A DNA stretch of 64,000 nt from Callorhinchus milii (GCF_018977255.1 NW_024704742.1:60018001-60082000), one strand, 5' to 3'. Counted from the first letter of the stretch, positions 12,603 to 25,849 are shown. Notes: a model not told the origin generated them from the letters alone. Numbers and translations are program-made.

Positions 12603-14058
12603 ACAACAACAACAACAACAACAAGATTGCATTTATAGAGTGCCTTTCACATCGGGAGGACATCCCAAGGCGCTGGACAGTTGGGTCGGGACCTGAGCAG
12701 GGGAGAAGTGGTCAGGGTGAGGGGAGGGAAAGGAGGGAGTGGAAGTGAGGAGGGGGTAGAGAGTCGAGAGGGGAGGTGAAGGCACGGTTGCAGAGAAAGG
12801 TCTTGAGACCGGCCTTGAAGGAGGAAAGGGAGGAAGCAAGGCTAAGGCACTGGGGAATGGAATTCCAGAGCCTCGGGGCTGAGAGGCTGAAGGCCCGGCC
12901 ACCGATGGTAGGGCGGTTGGGGCGGGGGATGTGGAGCAGACCGGAGCCAGAGGAACGGAGGGTACGGGCAGGTAAGTAGGGGGATAGTACGTCGAAGAGG
13001 TAGGAGGGAGCAAGGCCGTGAATGGCCTTGTAGGTGAGGATGAGGATCTTGAATTCGATCCTCTGGGGGATGGGGAGCCAGTGGAGGCGAGCGAGGGTGG
13101 GAGTGATGTGGTCGCGAAGCCTGGTGCGGGACAGTACATGAGCTGCAGAGTTCTGAATGACCTGCAGCTTGTGGAGGGAGGTGCCGGGAAGGCCGATGAG
13201 GAGAGAGTTCCCGTAGTCCAGCCTTGAGGTGATAAAGGCATGGAACAGAGTTTCAGCAGCGTGAGGGGTGAGGTAATGGCGTAGTCTGGCGGTGTTCCGG
13301 AGGTGGTGGAAGGCGGTGCCAGTTATGGCGCGGATGCGGGGAAGAAAGGACAGCTCAGGGTCGAACAGAACCCCGAGGTTCCTGACCGGCTTTGAGAGGT
13401 GGAGAGTGCAGCCTTGGATGCTGATGCTGTCAGCGCCTGAGGTGCGGAGGCGCTGACGTGAGCCAATCAGGAGAGCCTCAGTTTTACGCACGTTGAGCTG
13501 AAGAAAGTTGTCTCTCGTCCAGGACTCGATGTCGGACAGGCAGCTGTCAGGACATCGGTGGTCGTGGAATTGAGGGTAGAGGAGGAAAGGTAGAGTTGGG
13601 TGTCATCCGCATACATGTGGAAGTTAACCCCATGTCTGCGGATGATGTCACCACAGGGGGAGCATATAGAGGGTGAAGAGGAGGGGACCGAGGACAGAGC
13701 CCTGAGGGACGCCGCACAAGACAGTGCGGGGGGTGGAGAAAAAGCCGTTAGTGCAAACAAAATGAAGACGGTGGGAGAGGTACAACCTAAACCACTCAAG
13801 GACATGGCCTTGAAGGTTGAGGTGGGAGAAGAAGCGGTGGAGGAGGATAGTGTGGTCGACGGTATCGAATGCGGCCGATAGGTCGAGGAGGACAAGGAGG
13901 CAGAGGGAGCCCTGGTCGCAGATGGTCAAGATGTCATTAGTGACCTTGACCAGGGCGGTTTCTGTACTATGGGCAGCACGGAAACCCGACTGGAGGGGTT
14001 CAAATAGTGAATGGGTGGAGAGGAAAGTGCGCAGCTGGGAGGCGACGACTCTTTCGAG
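12603..14058 (-). mobile_element. Young 5'-truncated L2-clade LINE (RT domain to 3' end), frameshifted
   Basis: Three overlapping minus-strand ORFs give 'QSGFRAAHSTETALVKVTNDIL', 'LLDLSAAFDTVDH', 'GVPQGSVLGPLLF', 'YADDTQLY', 'SRLDYGNSLL' and 'LHWLPIPQRIEFKIL'. The (TTG)n tail is at 12603-12623. Confidence 0.96.
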
Positions 14059-14230
14059 ACACAGACACAGAGACACACACTCACAGACATAGAGAGACAC
14101 ACACTAACAGACACTGAGAGACACACATTCACAGACACAGAGGGACACACTCACGCAGAGACACTCATAAACACAGACACATATGGAAGAGACATGGACA
14201 GACTCACATAGAGACACGCACACAGACAAT
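14059..14230. repeat. CA/GA-rich minisatellite, right part
   Basis: The same unit as 11668-12602 resumes immediately after the LINE. Confidence 0.93.
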
Positions 14231-15983
14231 CGCAACAGCAGAGCCTCTGAGTGTGGCCCATTTGACACTTGTGTCACTGTGCAAATTTATGGTGGGTTTC
14301 TTGGGGGTGAGGGCCATTGTTGCTGAAAATGCAGGAAAGGCACAGCTGCTCTTCTCTATTGGTTCAGGTCATTAGTCAGCTAAAATATTATAAATGGGGC
14401 CCTCTCAAGGCTTCTCACAAACTTAATGTAGCCATATACCAAATGTAGGCGATTGTGTCATCTTCCAATCGAGGATTTCTCAGAAATCGTTAATTATCAA
14501 ACTAAAAACGTTATGTCAATATAAATTGGGCTTTCATTTGATGGGTGTTTGTGGGGCATTGTTGTTCACAAATATGCAATAATTCACTTTACACCAATTA
14601 CCTGTGAACCCATTTGAGATGATTTGACGTTATAGGTGTTATATCAAACACAAGGAGTAATATAATGTTTTGAATAATTGTATCTTTTTCAGAGTGCTTG
14701 CAGAACTGGGTCTTTAAAACTGTTCAGGATATTGTTATGAAAATAACACCAATCAGTGCAGCTGACATGGTAAATAGCATTTAATTGGATTCATGTCTTG
14801 CAAAGCACTTTCCAGAACACACAAAACAAAAGAAGGCCATTCAGCTCATTAAATCTGCTCCTTCTATAGCCTCAGCACAATATAATCCATCCTGGACTCT
14901 GTCCAAATTATTTAATCTCACGAGGAAAAGATCAGCAAATTGCTCTTCAACCTCCATCCTCTTCCCCCCTACCCCCCTCAAAAATAAAAGTAAGACAAGC
15001 GAAACTCAGAATGTCTATCTGACCTTAGAAATTACATTTTACACCTGTGACTAGTAGCCTTCTTTGATATGTGATTTTCATGGTCAAGCAGCTTAAAACT
15101 CATTATATTCCACAAAGCATTCAATCAATTCTGCCTTCATTCTGAACACTCAGTGTCACATTCTGTTAAAGATCTTTGAAATTACAGGACAAGAAGGTCG
15201 AGGTTTTCAAAATTTCTATATGTTTTCATTTTTTAAAAAATGTCCAGAAACCAGAAAAGGGTTATGTTTGAATCGATCACTGTTGAAATATTCTTTTTAC
15301 AAGAATGAGTGGTGCAAATGTTACCTTATTAACCTTTTCATTGAATACTCTTAATCATGGTGATGTTTTATGACTTGTGTCAGAATCCTTGCTGACCAAC
15401 CCAAAAGCTTTCTCCTCTGGGACCTGGTGTTGATTCTAGAGCAAACAAGTCTGATGAGACTTTTTGTCTTTTGAATGTAGGAATCCTACATGGATGATGC
15501 AGAGAGCCTGTGGAAATCTAGAGTTTAGGTTTAGGTATGCAATTACAGAACAAAACTGCTTTGGATTCATAATTAAATTGGCTTAGAGGGGCCACAAGAT
15601 AGTTGCTGTGAGAAACAGAAAATGTCAAAAGATCACAGAATCGCAGATCAGTTTGGATGAAGAAGGCTCTTCGGACAATCTGATTTCATGCCTCCAGAAT
15701 AACCATCTTATTGTCTTCCCATCACTGTATCAATCTAATGTTTCAATGAGTCCAGTCCCATGGTCTCATGTCACATTGATGAAGTAAGATTCTTTATTGA
15801 GGAGAGAATTTTGTGGCTGCTTGCTGTCACACGTTCCTGCCACATTTGCCAACAACACAAAAAAGTCACTACAATTGGCAGTAATTACCTTGGAAACCCT
15901 TTGAGACTTTACAATGTGATAATGTATTCTGAAATGCAATTTATTTTTGGTCACATATTTTGCAGTGAATAATGCTATATATG

Positions 15984-16226
15984 AACAGAAATCGCTGGGA
16001 ACACTCAGCAGGTCAGGCAGCATCTATGGAGAAAGGAAAGTGAGTCAACGTTTTGGGTCTACGACATGTCCACAACTGGACTAGCCCCAGCTCTGATGAA
16101 GGGTCATGGACCCGAAACGTTGACTCACTTTCCTTTCTCCATAGATGCTGCCTGACCTGCTGAGTGTTCCCAGCGATTTCTGTTTTTGTTTTCGGATTTC
16201 CAGCATCTACAGTATTTTGCATTTTT
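15984..16226 (+). mobile_element. Non-coding Penelope-like element remnant: inverted plus direct terminal repeat
   Basis: 15984-16065 is the near-perfect reverse complement of 16103-16184. The element contains a hammerhead core. A second family member is at 34332-34706. An inverted pseudo-LTR plus hammerhead is characteristic of Penelope-like elements. Confidence 0.72.
16089..16125 (+). ncRNA. Minimal type I hammerhead ribozyme motif
   Basis: Sequence is AGCT-CTGATGA(16093-16099)-A-GGGTC-ATG-GACCC-GAAA(16114-16117)-CGTT-GACT. It has both conserved core segments, a perfect 5-bp stem II, a palindromic ACGT stem III and a weak stem I. Confidence 0.68.
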
Positions 16227-17042
16227 AATGCTATATTTGACTTGGGAGTGCTGGATCCTCATATAAGGAGCCTGAAATTGAAACACCTTTCCACTCCTTG
16301 ACAAATACAAACTTCAGTCCCAAAAACTATGCTTAAAGCCTTCTCTTACCAAAAGTATATTTTCCACAAGAACTTAATCAATTCATTGAGATTTGAGTAA
16401 CCCCTATGGAAAAGTGATTGATGCCAAGCCCTTGGTAATTCAACATCATTTTTTAAAAAAACACTTTTTGTCATTTTTTTCATATAATTTAAATTCATCC
16501 TTGATAATCTATCAGAGTGTGACATTAACTAATGTTACGAGATCACTGCTGTGCTACATGGTCCTCAGGAGACAGATGAAGGAGCTCACGGCATTTCTGA
16601 CTGTTACATTTAACTATCTTCACAGTCATTGTGTTCAAACAGCTCAGGATACTGCTGATATGTTTGCCTCACAACCATTAGTATCCTGGCTGATTCCCTC
16701 CACCCCAAACCCAAGAGCGTTGAACCCAATCGCTACCTCAGCTTACACTGCATGTTCAAGGTGCCTTTGCACCACATATTGTGCCATATTCCTGATCAGT
16801 GCTTTGTCAAATCCTTAAAAGGAATGGCTCAGAAAAAACAGTTGATTTATCCAAACTTTATGAACTTTGTTTTAACCACTATCAAGGAAATTATCATAAA
16901 TGTACTGTACCTCTGAGTTGTTCTTTGGTCATTGTTTCTACATTTCGTCCTCCAGGCTGCTGGTTGGAAGTAAGCACTTTCTGTACATTTATCACCTAAC
17001 CTTGCAATGGCATTATGAAGTCCAGTGATATTTTATAATATT

Positions 17043-17395
17043 AATACAATAATCCTTGCATTTGATATAGCATCTTATCACATCTTCGAAACTCTCAAAG
17101 TGCTTCACAGAATATACTGTAAAGTGAATTGACTATTTTTGGGGGCAAGATGTGCGACAAAATTAGTCGTGGATTGAGTGACCAAATTATTATTATTATT
17201 TCTTTTCTTGAAGGGATTATTACCCCCAGAAAAGTGACCCCCTAATCAACTAACAACCGGATTCCTACTTCCTGCTAGGTAAACAGAGGTGTGTGGAGTA
17301 AGGAAACTTGCCTAAGGTTTCACCCTGTCCAGGAATCGAACCCAGGTCCTCTCACTTGTGAGGCGAGTGCTCTAACCATTAAGCTGCAGGACTCC
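17043..17395 (-). mobile_element. SINE family A, full length
   Basis: Runs from the tail to the head 'ggaatcgaacccaggtcc…gagtgctctaaccattaagctgcaggactcc', with an intact B box (GGTTCGATTCC on the minus strand). Confidence 0.9.
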
Positions 17396-17691
17396 ACATT
17401 TTGAATATGGAGCTGTGTCACATATCTGCAGTCATGAAGCATAAGATAATAAATGTTCAGAACTTTGCTTCTGTAATATTTAATATGATTCAACAATTCA
17501 GATGAATACCCAACTCGTTCAGTAAATTTCTCTGAGCCCTTCCCATGGTTTGTTGAGTATGGACAGAGCCCCGTGCGATACTAAACCAAACTGATAGGAA
17601 GATTCACATTGGCAATTTGTGCTGTTATAAGCATGGACAGGACGACAGGTGGGTGGTATAATTCATTGCAGTACCCATGTGTTATAAAAAA

Positions 17692-18015
17692 AAACTTGCA
17701 TTTGGTATAGTGCCTTTCATGTTGGGAGAACGTCTCAAAGTGCTTCACTGGATATACTCTAATGTGTGGTGTGTGTGTATGCTATATGTGCACATAGCAG
17801 TCAATTTGTGCAGTGGCCCGACCCATAGCCCTTAAGTGAATGATCAATTTTATCTGGGGCTTATTGGACAGAACACCGGGAGAAACTCTCTTCTTTTATT
17901 GAATAATGCCATGGGATCCTTAGCATCAACCTGAACAGGCAGGCATGACCACAGTTTTTGTCTCATCTTAAAGATGGTACCTCCAGCAATGCAGCACTGA
18001 GCTGAAGTGTCAGCT
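17692..18015 (-). mobile_element. Deu-domain SINE (family B)
   Basis: Contains the Deu core 'gccatgggatccttagcatcaacctgaacaggcag…ctcatcttaaagatggtacctcc' plus the tail. Confidence 0.75.
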
Positions 18016-20364
18016 TTCAATTACTCAACTGTCACTACACTTTACAGTAAATCCTGTGAAGTGTTTGAGATGTCCTTCATCAAATGCAAAGAGTATTATT
18101 GTTAAAATTTGACCATCACCATTGAGTGCGGAGAGCAATATTTGATGAAGCAGCAGAGAATGATTGTGCAACAAAGGTAGCCTGATGCCTGTACGATGAA
18201 CCAAAGGCAAATTACATTTGTATAGATGCTTTCACATCGGGAGGATATCCCAAAATGCTGAAACAAAGGTGGTCATGCTCAATTTTTGAGACTACTTAGC
18301 CCCAACCATGGTGCCAAACCTATTTGGTAACTATTATTTGCTTTTCACCATATTTTTTGGCTGGTGATAAATACTACATCACATGTTACATTTTTCACCC
18401 CAATAACTCTTTAATGAGAATCAAATAGCAGTATCACAGTAATGGAACTCTGTTAATAAGCAGTCTGTTGACTTGTCTACAGCCTAATCTTGATGTAAAT
18501 TTTATTAGATTAATAAAGATTTCCATTACTAAAGGAAAAATATTCTGTGCTTCCTATGTAAGTACAATTCAATCCTTATTAAAAGCATCTACTTAGATGG
18601 AATCGTATTACTCAATTTGAACTTGCACTTTAAACCCAATGGTATAAAAGATGCAAACATAAACAATATAATGTAATGCTGTTATATGAACCACAAAATT
18701 GTTGTTGCTCAATAGATTGGTACATTATTTTAGGAAATTGTTTCTGCTTGCTCTAGATTATAAATATAAAATAGCATCACATGTGTATAAGGATCACTGA
18801 ACAAAGATACTGCAGAACCAAAATGGACAGCTGTTTAACTTTAGTTCTGGAATAAAAAAAATACAAATAAGATTTAAAAGCAACCTTAAGGTGATCCTTG
18901 TGTTTCAACTTTGAACAAGGAGAATCAAAAATAGTTAAAGTACATTAAGTACAAATTCAACCCGAGGCTAGATTTATTCTGTTACCATTGCATTTCAAAA
19001 ATGTGTCAATTTCGTAAACACTGTCTTTAATTTTCTTCTGAGAAACAAAGAGAAAATGGGCTTTAAAGTTTAAGCTGAATTCAATAATTTGCATAAATTG
19101 TACCCACTCTGAAACGTTGTGCTGAAACAGTAAGTCTAAGCTCTGGTGGAATTTCATCCCACATATATTTATATTACTGAAATAAGAGGTAAGTGAAAAT
19201 GCATTTAACACTATAACCATACTCGCACTCATCACATTCTCCATTGCCTTCTGTAAATGTGGTCAAATAAAATCAGAGATTATTGCAGCTTCAATCATAT
19301 GGTACACTATCACTCAGTTCCTTTCATGTGTTTTTGTTATCAATGAATTCCCTTACCCATTTTTTGGAACCTCCAGCTATGAAGGCTAGATGGCTAGATC
19401 TTTCAAGGTTTTAATGGCATAATTTCCCCCTGTGTAAAGCATGCGAGTCTATGCTTCATCATACAAGCAATAGATACTTGATCTAGAATTTCCCTGCAAT
19501 CAAATGCAGATTATTTCAGGGAAGCTTGCAATAATGAAATCATCTAATATCTGTTATTGGATGGCATTGTGTGGTTCTGTCAGCTGTCAGTTTGTCTTAC
19601 TGATTTCAAAAGAACTATAAAACATACACTAAAAAGGTATAGTATTAAGATATCTAGACCCTCACTATTCAGTATTGAGGACTGAATCATTTTGGTGCAC
19701 CAGCTGAGCACTAGCAACAGCATGCAATAAAATCAATGTTGCTAGCTTTTATATCTGATCAAATGGTTGTGATTTAATTGCAAATTAATCTTTTCACTTT
19801 AGCTGTTGCTTTCGGAGTTCTTGTAGTTCAGAAACAAAATCATTGAATTACAGTAGGTGGTGAGCACAGGGAATGCAAAGGCCAAGAGTGTTTATTTAAT
19901 CCTAGGAAAAGCTCTATAGGAATGGATGGGGATCTGTACCTAACACAAAACCATTGTACAATCACCAAGGGTCAGGCAGTATTAGTTATTATCAAAGGCC
20001 TGCTTTGTGCTATACGCTGATACAGGTCACATCTGTCAGAAGAAAACTGATGAGTTCCCAGCTGACTAGTAGATGGACAAAGTGACAGTAAATGGAATGT
20101 GTCCCTCAGTCAGTGAAAGCAAGTGAATTCAGGAATGGAGTTTTCTTTTTCAGCTCAGTTCTATACAGCAGAACAAAGATCTGAGATTAATACAAGTTCA
20201 CATCAGAATAGCTATTCTTCTAACAGAAGGATTGTTACTTGTACCAGAAGAGTACTCTGACCTAAGATTACAGCACAACCAAATAAAATGTAGCAGAACT
20301 ATACAATAGATACAATGCCACAGAGGCTAACCTGCTTTCAATGAGAATAGTAAAATAAATAAAT

Positions 20365-20698
20365 AGTAACTCTTGTATTTGATAGAGAGACTTATCACAT
20401 GGCCATGGTCTCTCAAAGTGTTGGACAAGATTTTATTGTAAAAAATAATGACTGTGTATTTTTTTAGGCAAAACGCAGCACAGCAATGTCCCACAAACTG
20501 CATAAAGTGACTGATCAATTTTATTGGGGGGATTGTTGGCCAGGATACCAGGAGAAACTCTCTTCTCTTTTCAAATACTGTATTGCCATGAGATCTTCAG
20601 TGTCCACCTGAACAGGCAGATGGGGCCTTGACTTGAACGTCTCTTTCGGGTGATAGCAACTTCAACAACACAGCACTCCCCTAGCATTGCACTGGATT
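20365..20698 (-). mobile_element. Deu-domain SINE (family B)
   Basis: Contains 'ttggccaggataccaggagaaactc…gtccacctgaacaggcagatggggcc'. Confidence 0.78.
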
Positions 20699-21061
20699 CA
20701 CAGAAGCTAAGTTGCTCCTTAGTGAAAATGTTGTTAGTTTGATATAATTGTAAAGAGTCATTTTAAATATAAAAGATTGGCTGTAATTTGATTCATCTTG
20801 ATCCAATGCAAGGATTATAATCATATACAATCTTGATGTTGTAAATAAAATTGCACATTTTCCGTTTTACAAACTGTTAAAAACAGACACTATCACATAC
20901 CTAAAGAAAGGGTTTAAAATGTAGCAGGGATTCTGCATGTAAAATTAACCCATTATTTTTGCTTAACTCCAGGAATTATGACAACTTCAATATAGCATCC
21001 CTCACACAGGGCAACATCCCAGAGTGTTTGGACAGCTACCTCAATTCACATCATTAATGTA

Positions 21062-21435
21062 AATTGGAGCAGAGAAGGTTAAGAAGGGAATTGACAGAGC
21101 TTTACAAAATTATGAGGAGTTTTGAGAGGAAGAAAGTATTACAACTGGTAAGAGAGTTAGTGGCAAGGGGATATATATTTAAGATAGCCCTAAGAAGAGT
21201 AAAAAGGGAGCCTAGGAGAATGTTTTGGGATGTGGATTACCCTACCAAGCAAGATGGTAAAGGTAGATTCTGCTGTAGGTTTCAAGAGGGGAGTAGACAG
21301 GTACTGCATATGAAAGTTAGAGGTTTGAAGAATTATGCAGATAGGGCAGTGAAATTGAACATACAGCTTACTCTGAGAGCTGGTGCAGGCTCAATGGCCT
21401 GAATGACATCCTTCTGGTGTGGTAAATTTCTATGA
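21062..21435 (+). mobile_element. CR1-clade LINE 3' end
   Basis: 'LEQRRLRRELTELYKIM…RGYIFK' is the CR1 ORF2 C-terminus. It is followed by a CR1-type 3' UTR ('ggcctgaatgac…ttctatg'). Confidence 0.8.
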
Positions 21436-23206
21436 ATGTTCAGAATGTAATTTCAAGCCCAATGGAAAGTAAACAGACTTTGTATCTCTCAAACATCTCA
21501 AACACTTATGACATGTTTTTTATTCTTTCGATGGCCCTGTATTCACAAATGAGGGTTAGCCCTGAAATATGTTAATACATTTTCAGAAGTTGGAGGCTCT
21601 GAAATGGAGTTGTGATGTGATTCACTGACTGATTTATCACAATATTTTTTTTTGTTAAATAATTGCCTTGGATGACATTAACTTCACAGGTGAGATTGAC
21701 GGACACTTTTAAAACTAGAAAGGATTTGGAAATTGCAAAGAAGGCAGTTAATTACAAGCTAGGAACAAACATTCAAACTCATTGGGTAGCAATTTTATTT
21801 TGTTTTGTGAAGGTTATCTAACAATTGCTTTCAGAGAGCGTTTACGTTAAACACCTGTCACTCACATCCTGGATTACCATCTACAGAGAACTGTCAGAAT
21901 GCTATGATGCTTTGTGCTAACACCAGGAACTTTGCTTCGGATTATTGACAATGAAATCTGTCTTTATTTGGTTGTTTGACAACTCTACTATCACAATGGT
22001 CATGATCTTTTAATTGTAACTGTAACTCCATAACTGCTGTTGTAGAAAATGTGAAATAGTTTAGCATTGTTTATGTCACTTTATACCAGGAAATGGTCCA
22101 AACATCTTTTATTATCGAATCATAGACATTTACAATGCCACCCTTTGAGTTTGCACCAGATCTCAGAGCTTTGCGCTATCCCATTCCCCTTCAAGCCTCT
22201 ATGTTTCATGTGTCTGTTTACTACCCTCTTCAAACCCACAATGGACTCTACCTCTATCACCTTACGTGACAAGATTGCCTGTATATTTATCTCTCTGTAT
22301 TAATCCTTAGAGATTATTATAATCAAGCTAAATCCAGCTAAATGTATTCTTTATCATCTGTACTTTAGAAAAGTTAACTGTAAAAGTCATTGAAAATAGT
22401 AACTCATGACATATCCCACAAACAGATGTTATAATAATATAATAATAATCCTTGTGTTTGATATAGCAGCTGTCATGCTAGGAGGAATTGTCAAAGCTTT
22501 ATCCACTTTTAAAACTATTATACTGACTACATATTTTGTAGGCAAACACAACAGTCAATTTGTGCACAGCAAAGTTCTGTGTATTTCAACTCAAACTGCC
22601 CAAAATAACATTGAACCCTAGACTCAATCCAATGGCTGATGTCCTTATTTCCTGACATCAAAAGAATCAATAGGGAAAATATTAATTTGTCAAGTAACAT
22701 TATTGTCAATTGTATTTATAAAAATATCTCTGTTTTCCCAGGCTTTGCTACAATATGTATTTATTATTATATTTGAAGCAATCGTTAGGTTGACCTCTCC
22801 AGGATTAATGATATTGTTCATTGATTTTCCTATTCTTGAAGACTCAATTGACTGCAATCTACACTTTTAACATTGATCTTTTGGTGGTGGGTAGATCTGA
22901 AGCTAATTGTTCAGTGGTATTGCAGAACTCTGGTGAGAATATTCTTGGGAGAATAATTCGCCCTGGGTCTAGATTTAGTTTATTTACTTAAATTTTAGAG
23001 CATCCAGAGTTCAATAAATTATTGAGGATACTTAACAACTGGATCAGGTTGCCAGGAAGGATGTTTGAGGGCAGGAAACTGGAATCATTTAGAAGCAGCT
23101 TGTTGCTCTGATGGGAAGATGCAAAGGTAAGCATTCTGAAAGGGTGAGATCAGACAGGCCAAAGAGCTTTCTACATCCAAACCGATCGTGGGATCTTTGG
23201 ATTTTT

Positions 23207-23620
23207 GTCACCCTGGCTCAGTGGTAGCACTCTCACCTCTGATTCAGAAGGTTGTTAGTTTAAACCCCACATTGGGATTTGGAAACATAGTCTAAGCTGA
23301 CATTCCAATGAAGTACCAGGGGTGTACTACATTGTCAGAGATGCTGTCCTTCGGATGAAACTTTAAACCCAGGTCCTGACTGTATGTTTAGGTGGATGTT
23401 AAAGATCCCTTGGCTTTAATCAAAAAGAGAAGGGAATTTCTCCTGGTGTCTTGGACAAGAAATCCCCTCAATAAAAAATGGTCACTCACCCCTTGGTTGG
23501 TGGGAGACATTACTGTACTCAAGCTGGCTGCTGTGTTTTGCAAAATAAACAGTCCATTTTATAATATATACTGTGAAGCGCTTTGAGATATCTCGACAAC
23601 ATGATAAGATATCAAATGTT
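23207..23620 (+). mobile_element. Deu-domain SINE (family B), near full length
   Basis: Contains the head 'tggctcagtggtagcactctcacctctgattcagaagg', the core 'gtccttcggatgaaactttaaacc…aggtggatgttaaagatccc' and an L2-like tail. Confidence 0.82.
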
Positions 23621-24341
23621 ATTGTAATTCAGTCTTATCTTTGGAGTCAGTATTCCATAAGTCAAGAAATAGGCTTCAAAGTCATGACTGCATTTAAGAA
23701 TTTGTCAAATTCTAGATGAATTAAAATTCTACATGAATAAAGTAGATTCAAACCAAGGTGGAATTTCTACCTTAGTGTATTGGTACATCAATCTCATTCA
23801 GACCTCTGCTCCTCAACCATCTCCCAAGCTTATTTCAGAAATTATATCAATCCTTGGTAGCTGCAGATATCTGGTTTCACAAAAATTTTCAATGAAAAAG
23901 AAGTATTTGTTTTTATTAATATTTAACCTTTGAATTTATGTTTCCTTAAGGAGTCAATTGATTTTGACTTTGAGTCCAATTTGCAATTTTACTAACAGAA
24001 ATTCAAAGATTTAAATTGATAAATAAATAAAAACCTCTATAATAATCTAAAATATGGAATGACATTTGTATTCCGCACGCCCTACATTAATCATCATTTT
24101 GTGGTGTTTGTACATCTACATTGTGAATAATGAATCAAAATTCTACCTGGAATAAAATTTGGATGAAAATGATATGACATATTGGACAGATACTACAATC
24201 TTTCTTGAAAATGGCAGACTCCTCTTTGATAACAAGAAGGTGTTCTTTAAAAGTCCAAATAAATGTTCAACCCCATGATATTTTTCTGAATTTGATAGAA
24301 AGCAATTTTAAACCTTTGTTTTCAAGGCAAAGTCAATATAA

Positions 24342-24970
24342 ATAATAATCCTTCCATTTGACATAGAACCTTTCACATTGGAAGGATGTCTTAAAGTGCT
24401 TCACATGATTTACTGCAAAGGGTAGTGACCATGCCTTTTGTAGACATATATAGCAGACAATTTGTGCACAGCAATGTTCTACAAACATTCAATAACATTA
24501 GAGATCCCATGTCCATATTTGAAAGGAGAAGGGAGGTTCTAATAATGCTCACCACCACCCCATAAAATTGGGCATTCATTTCATGGCTGTTTGCTGTGTG
24601 CAAATTGACTGTGGCGTCCGCTGACAAAACAGTCATTGCACTTTACAGTGTGTCTTGTGAAGCTTGTTGGTTACAATCCTCCTTATGTAAAAGACACAAT
24701 ACCAAATATAAGGATTATGATTATTAATAACTTTTTCTGAAAGATTGTTAACCAAGATACTCAGAGAAATTCCTTTCTCTTTTAAAGCCATGCTATCTTC
24801 AATATTTGACATCTCATCTGAAGAAAGGCACCTCAATGCAGTGCAGGTCACTTTCAGCACTGTATAGGAATGTCAGCCTAGACTATGTGAGTTCAAAGTC
24901 CCTCACTTGAAGCTTCAACAAAGAACCTTCTGACTCAGAGGTAAGAGTGCCTCTAAATGAGCCAAGCTGA
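24342..24970 (-). mobile_element. Deu-domain SINE (-) interrupted by a 5'-truncated (+) copy at about 24500-24730
   Basis: Order is a minus tail at 24342-24495, a plus-strand 3' half ending in (ATT)n, then the minus body and head ending 'ctgactcagaggtaagagtgc…gagccaagctga'. Confidence 0.7.
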
Positions 24971-25565
24971 GTTACTGACGAATAAAGTATATTCCAAAGA
25001 ATATATAAACAAAATTGATATAAGTTTCAGTAAGGATTTTTTAAAAGAGAAATAGAAAATATATTAATTTCTCTATAAAATCTAAAATTTTCTAGAAATG
25101 ATTTACAGTCTCCCGTAAAAGGACTTTTATTCCATTAATTTTCTCGTTACACATTGTTCAGCATGCAGTATCTTCACTACTTAAACCCACCTTTGTCTGG
25201 AATCTGTCTGAAAATGGATATAGAAATCTGCATCAATTATCTAGCAAAGAATGAAATTGATTCATGAGAAGCTATTATATGAACTAATTTGAAAATGATT
25301 CGTCAATGTGGATATATTATTTGCACATTAAACAATAAATCTTTGTAATGGGTATCGCTCCATTACGTTTAGCCGGTAATTTTGCATATAAGACAGATGC
25401 CACAACATAAAAATAATCAAACTATGGAATAGCTTGAAGTGTGGATGATGATTATGAGTCTGTGATATGCATCAACGAAAGTTATAAACGTAAGAAAAAT
25501 AACATTTAGTCAGGTTTCTTGAACTATGATTGAGGTGGAGTATTGAGCAAATTATTAAGCATGCA

Positions 25566-25808
25566 GGGGGAGAAATTTTACCTGGGTTAAGTTTGACTCT
25601 ATTTTCTTAGCATTACCAAACATCCAATATTTGGTTAATTTTTAAATTCAACTGTTATTTTGAAGCTGTGTTTTCTCTGAGTTTCTTTCAAGAACTGCAG
25701 AAAACTGGCATCAAAAGTAAGATTGAGTTCAACAATTTGCCAAATTATGCACACTCTGAAATGCTGAGAAAAGAGAGTAGATCCAGATCCAGGTGGAATT
25801 TCTCCCTC
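25566..25808. mobile_element. Candidate old MITE with ~22-bp terminal inverted repeats
   Basis: Left end GGGGGAGAAATTTTACCTGGGT against the reverse complement of the right end, GAGGGAGAAATTCCACCTGGAT, matches at 18 of 22 positions. The interior is non-coding. Confidence 0.5.
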
Positions 25809-25849
25809 ACAATATTCTGGTATGATAGTTATGTGAAATCTATGTGGGA

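Noticed and set aside
12712..14100. Reverse transcriptase ORFs as a host gene or novel RT system
   Set aside because: This is an ordinary 5'-truncated, frameshifted L2 ORF2 with its own 3' UTR and tail, and it lacks an endonuclease domain.
14693..14769. Possible 77-nt exon (tttttcag…gtaaat; one frame reads CLQNWVFKTVQDIVMKITPISAADM)
   Set aside because: The donor site is weak, I recognise no protein similarity, and no partner exons were found. It cannot be supported without RNA-seq or homology.
15448..15480. Another hammerhead candidate (CTGATGA-GAC-TTTTT-GTC)
   Set aside because: The short stem is not followed by GAAA, and stems I and III are absent.
17325..17395. tRNA gene (A and B boxes)
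   Set aside because: It continues directly into a SINE body repeated many times in the window, so it is a tRNA-derived SINE head. The same applies to the other copies.
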